Both the position numbers and the translations under genes were made by a program. From contig CAVVLO010000001.1 of NCBI GenBank assembly GCA_963749155.1, forward strand, positions 608,001 to 672,000: DNA of 64,000 bases. The letters run 5' to 3'. The stretch comes from an uncultured Armatimonadia bacterium. GTDB taxonomy: Bacteria; Armatimonadota; Zipacnadia; CAVVLO01. Below the pieces are notes generated by a model. The model had not been told where the DNA came from, searched no databases, and saw only the letters and a program-made list of their open reading frames with translations. This document shows, one piece after another, positions 60,181-64,000 of the stretch (position 1 is its first letter; each line of letters opens with the position of its first letter).

Positions 60181-61542
60181 TTATTCCTTGCCTGCAGAAT
60201 GCTTCTGTTCGCGCGCCTGGATTGTCTCAAGCCTGCCTTGAACGCGCCTCAGATAATCCTCGGGAGGCTCAGGTAGAGGAAAGCCAGGAGCTGGGTTGAC
60301 TTGTACAGTCTCTAGTCTGGCTAGCGCAGCCCTGGCGGAGTGGAGACTGCACTTGAAGGCAGGCAGTCGGTGCTCGGGGGGCAGTTTCTGCTCCCAGTTG
60401 CTGTGGTTTTCGATAAAGCGGAATATCTGTATCAAGCTTGGTGCTGTGGCCCCATCCGCCACATAGTGGGCATACTCGGCCAGCACCTGCTCTGGCGTGG
60501 CGGCCAGGTCGCTAGCGAAGCGCCCAAAGGCATAGGTGTTGAGCGCGCCTGGCAGATAGCCGTTATAGCTCCAGTTGCCGATGATGCCCGTCATCCCGAC
60601 CTCGCGCATCTGGTTCACGTACTGGTGGATATACCTCGTGTCAATCTGAGTTTGGCCCCACAGGCTGCCTGCCGCGCTTTCATCGCCGTCATCGGCCTCA
60701 TCCAGCAGGAAATACGGCCAGGCCCAGAGCCGGTTTACCCCTCTTGCGCGCAGCTTGCGCGCGTCCTCGGCAGTTGGCAGCAGTTCAGGCTGCAACCCCT
60801 CTGCGCTTAGGGTACGTAGCGCAAGGGCTCGATAGTAATTATGCCCGGCCAACTCCAGCCCGCTTCCCTCGCCCAGGATGCCCTCTGTCTCTAGCAAAGC
60901 CTTGGTAGTATTGTGTTCTGCCACCCACCAGGCCGAGGTCATCGCACTGAGTTCGGGATTCACCCACATCGCGATAGCCCAGGGATTGAGGTTGAACTTG
61001 GCCTTTGGCGCTTCGCGCTTGACGACGGCTTCGACCTCGAGTGCCATATTGGTCCAGTCTGCAAGCTCTGCCGGCCCCAGTGCACTGGGCACGCCGCCCG
61101 GATCTCCCGCAAAGAAGCTGAAACCGTCGGCAGCTTTTAGCGCCTTCACAGTCTTGGCCAGGTAGTGAAGCCGAGAATCCAGGGCGGCTCTGTCCCGAGG
61201 ATAAAACTTGACGCCTGTGCCTGTAGGTTCGAAGTCTTCCGGCCCCAGCCATTGCGCGATGTTGGAAAAGAGGATAACCCAGACCTTGAAGCCGTCCCTC
61301 TGTGCCGAGGCCACATCTGCGGCAAAACCCGCGTAGTAGTCGTCCAGGAGGTCCGCCCTCTGGTGCCAGCCGGTGTCACAGAATTGGAGAGTATTGAGCC
61401 CGCAGGCTTTCCAGAAGGCGTGCTGGTCAGGGGTGTCGCGCCAGACATAAAGACCGATGGTTTCAAAGCCTTGAGCTGAGAAAGCGGTGCCACTGCCTAG
61501 CAAAGAGAAAACTAAAGCCACCCTAATCAGCCCTTTCACCAT
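60181..61542 (-). CDS. Secreted hypothetical glycoside hydrolase-like protein
   Basis: Signal peptide, GLNTLQF, GDPGG, WPYFLLDE and LN.YAFGRF. TIM-barrel-like pattern, family not identified. Confidence 0.6.
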   Translation of the reverse strand: MVKGLIRVALVFSLLGSGTAFSAQGFETIGLYVWRDTPDQHAFWKACGLNTLQFCDTGWHQRADLLDDYYAGFAADVASAQRDGFKVWVILFSNIAQWLGPEDFEPTGTGVKFYPRDRAALDSRLHYLAKTVKALKAADGFSFFAGDPGGVPSALGPAELADWTNMALEVEAVVKREAPKAKFNLNPWAIAMWVNPELSAMTSAWWVAEHNTTKALLETEGILGEGSGLELAGHNYYRALALRTLSAEGLQPELLPTAEDARKLRARGVNRLWAWPYFLLDEADDGDESAAGSLWGQTQIDTRYIHQYVNQMREVGMTGIIGNWSYNGYLPGALNTYAFGRFASDLAATPEQVLAEYAHYVADGATAPSLIQIFRFIENHSNWEQKLPPEHRLPAFKCSLHSARAALARLETVQVNPAPGFPLPEPPEDYLRRVQGRLETIQAREQKHSAGKE

Positions 61543-61614
61543 CTGCCTTCTTCTCCCATCGTCTGGAAGCCGTCACAGCAGGTAAGTTGGCCGTGCAAGA
61601 GGGCTTTCCTGCCC

Positions 61615-61986
61615 CTAGAGCTGCTTGCCGAGGGCAAGGCCTCCTAGCAGGCAGACCAGTCCGAGTAGATTGTGGGCGACCACATTGCCCGCAGCAAGGG
61701 TCCAGGAGTCTTGTAGCAGTTCGTGAGTATCGAAGGCGAAAGTCGAGAAGGTGGTGAAAGCGCCCATAAAGCCGACCAGTACCCCAAGTTTGACGCTGGG
61801 GGGCAGGTGTGTGTGCGCGCCCAATACCGACAGAACCAGGCCGAAGGCGAAACAGCCCACGGCGTTAACGGCAAGCGTCCCCCAGGGGAAGCCGCCGCCT
61901 GTCCGTGCCTGCACGAAATCCGCCAGCGCGAAGCGCATCAACGCTCCTGCCGCGCCACCTGCCGCTATCACAAAAATATTCAGCAA
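61615..61986 (-). CDS. crcB: Fluoride efflux channel CrcB/FluC
   Basis: GGAAGALMR, FPWGTLAVN..GCF and GFMGAFTTFSTF motifs. SD GGAGAAGGA. Confidence 0.95.
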   Translation of the reverse strand: MLNIFVIAAGGAAGALMRFALADFVQARTGGGFPWGTLAVNAVGCFAFGLVLSVLGAHTHLPPSVKLGVLVGFMGAFTTFSTFAFDTHELLQDSWTLAAGNVVAHNLLGLVCLLGGLALGKQL

Positions 61987-61997
61987 AGTCCTTCTCC

Positions 61998-62033
61998 AAA
62001 AACAGCCCCCGCCACCGAAACGATGGCGGGAGC
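61998..62033 (-). terminator. Terminator-like hairpin in the crcB leader
   Basis: Minus strand GCTCCCGCCATCG-TTT-CGGTGGCGGGGGC followed by TGTTTTT. Confidence 0.65.
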
Positions 62034-62046
62034 GTATTTCTGCGCG

Positions 62047-62075
62047 ATTCTACCGCGCTTGCCTTCTGCTGGCAA
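62047..62075 (-). promoter_or_regulatory. Candidate sigma70 promoter upstream of crcB
   Basis: Minus strand TTGCCA, 17-nt spacer, TAGAAT. Confidence 0.5.
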
Positions 62076-62077
62076 GC

Positions 62078-64000
62078 CTAGTCAATCAGCGCATAATCTA
62101 CTTGATCTTGCCAGGTCACCCGCGCGCACAGCCAGTAACTGTTCAAGATTTCTTCGGTAGCCCCAGCCAGTGGTTCGAGCGTGAAGTCAACGACTCGCTT
62201 CTCGCCCGGCTCCAGTGTATAGCCGGCCCTCCAGGGATCGAGCATGGCTACGCGATAGTTGGGCGCATGCCTTTCGCCCCAGGTCTCGATTGAGGAGATA
62301 ATCGCCACCTGGCCTGAGAGAGGTTGCCGGTTGGTGTTATGCAGCTCCACCATGATTTTCGTGCCGTTCTCGGCGCGCCAGGCCCGCCACTGCAAGCCGA
62401 GTTGGCCGATGCACTTCGAGATAGTCCTGATAAAGCTGTCCCTCGTGTTCTACCTGCGCCATTATCCAGCCGCCTGGACAGGAATGCCGTACCTTCACAA
62501 CTACTTCTTCGACCTTCGTTTCGCCCGGCGCCAGGCGGAAGGGCACTTCCTTTATCTCACTGAAGCAACCACTGGGCAGCGCAAGCTTCACTACGGCTTC
62601 GACCTCGCGGTCGGTGTAGTTGTTTGCGAGGCCAAGTTGAAGCACGTTCTCGTGTTCTGTCGCCGTCGGCCCGAACAGCGCCAGCGCAACGGGCATATTC
62701 CCAATCGGCGCTGCGCCCTGGTTCAGTTCCCAATAGCGCACGCAGACAGGCTGACAAGGCTCGTGAAGCCGTCCGAGGGTGACGTTCTCGCACTCGGGTA
62801 GATTGCCGAAAGTCAGCTTTACCGTCGCGATGGCATTGGGCACAAGGGGTATCTCCAGCTTGCTGCTGCCGGCCGGCAGTTCTTCTAGCTCGTTCTCCGC
62901 CAGGTCGCACAGCACCACGCGCTCGGGCGCGGCAGGTAGCAACACCTCGGCCAGAGTCGGTCGCCCGTTTTGCTCGGCCAGGCGGATAATAACTTCCGTA
63001 AGCGGCCCTTCAAGCTGTTTGGATTGGCCAGCCATAACCGGATAGCCAGGCGCTTTCAGTGTAACCAGCGCGACCGAGGTCGGCTCCACCTGCATCAAAG
63101 CCTTTTCCTTCGGCAGGTCACCCCGGTGCTGGTCTACCGCAAAGGGCAGCAAGTCATGCTGGAAGCTTTCGGCTGCCTCGAGCAATCCCGAGTCGCGCAC
63201 CCCGCCAGGGGCGCAATGGAGCGCATACCGAAAGACCCGGGTGCCCATTTCGTCCACGAATACATCAGCAAAATACCTGTTGGACCAGGCTGCCACGTGG
63301 AAGAGAGCCAGGGTAACCAGATCGCCCGCCTCAACGCTCATCCCCAGGTTCCCGTTATTGATGACAGCCGCCGTGTAGCCGGGCACCTCGTTCCAGAGGC
63401 CAGAGAAGTTGGCCTCCTTGGGCAACTCGATTTTGGCGTCCGCCAGGTCTAGCTCCAGCTCTGCAAGGGCGGCTTCGAGACTTGCCTCGTCTTTTGCCAC
63501 CAGCACGAGTACCGGCAGAGGGTCCATTGACCAGGGCACCGTTGCCGCGCTGACTTTGCCGTGGTTCCAGTCGTCAGCATTACCTGCGCCTTGCGGCACA
63601 TCCTGATCCAGCACCGCGACCCAGCAATAACCTTGCGCGCCAAGCTGCTTTGCTAGCCGTTCGGCGGCGGCAGGATTGTCTCTCCGCAGCCGTTCGAGAT
63701 AACTGTTCTCGCCCTCGAGCCCCGCTGCCAGCCTGAAAGTCTGATAGAAAGTGTCCGCGTTGAAGTCCTGCTCCGGCGTAAACTGTGTGAGTGTGATGCC
63801 ATGCGGATTGAAAGCCTTGATGAGGCGTTCTCCCAGCACTCTGCCGCCTTCGCTATCCGCCGTAATGACCGCGCCCAGTCCCAGCGGGAAGCTGCCTCCC
63901 TCGCCAAAGTCGAGAGTCACGCAACTCCCAAGTCCTGCGAAGTGGCTGGCCGAATACACCGCGCAGCCCGAATACATTTTCCACTGGCTGGTGTCGAATT
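62078..64000 (-). CDS. C-terminal part of a large GH38 alpha-mannosidase-like protein (5' end outside the window, +1 break near 62384)
   Basis: The frame is open to the window edge. G...FRYAL, VTLKA, IIRLAE..G, CDLAE and L.PNAIATV resemble GH38 C-terminal beta-sandwiches. Continues in ORF 62078..62395. Confidence 0.6.

Noticed and set aside
1..64000. CRISPR array, IS elements, defence or toxin-antitoxin cassettes
   Set aside because: No regularly spaced repeats, transposase motifs or cas genes were seen. The PIN protein is the housekeeping YacL type.

Overview
A gene-dense, GC-rich bacterial chromosomal segment, mostly housekeeping and carbohydrate or envelope genes. It starts with the 3' end of ilvE and the mcsA-mcsB-clpC-radA-PIN/TRAM-ispD-ispF-hpf cluster, which has no ctsR in front. 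Next come tatA, a MoxR/DUF58/transglutaminase triad, a CXXC microprotein with a polyferredoxin, sugar isomerase and transporter genes, folE2, a DegT aminotransferase, thiM-thiE and tRNA-Pro(CGG). These are followed by a MurJ/glycosyltransferase/O-antigen-ligase locus, aroQ-pepP, mutS2, an M14 peptidase/Alr-like/M14 peptidase operon, a BtuCD-like ABC pair, crcB and several large secreted glycoside-hydrolase-like proteins. The gene content suggests an Armatimonadota-like organism (inference only). No CRISPR array, integrase, transposase, prophage or rRNA was seen. About 15 single-base frame breaks in 11 genes, mostly +1, are most simply explained as long-read assembly errors. The most interesting signals are: (1) an Alr-fold racemase with a rewired active site between two exported M14 carboxypeptidases; (2) an McsB that has lost its catalytic motifs (candidate pseudokinase); (3) two microproteins missed by the ORF track, one a CxxC/CPxCG zinc ribbon; (4) a Gly/Met/Gln-repeat exported protein behind an ECF-type promoter; (5) a structured crcB leader without a canonical fluoride riboswitch. 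All family assignments come from motif recognition by eye, not database searches.
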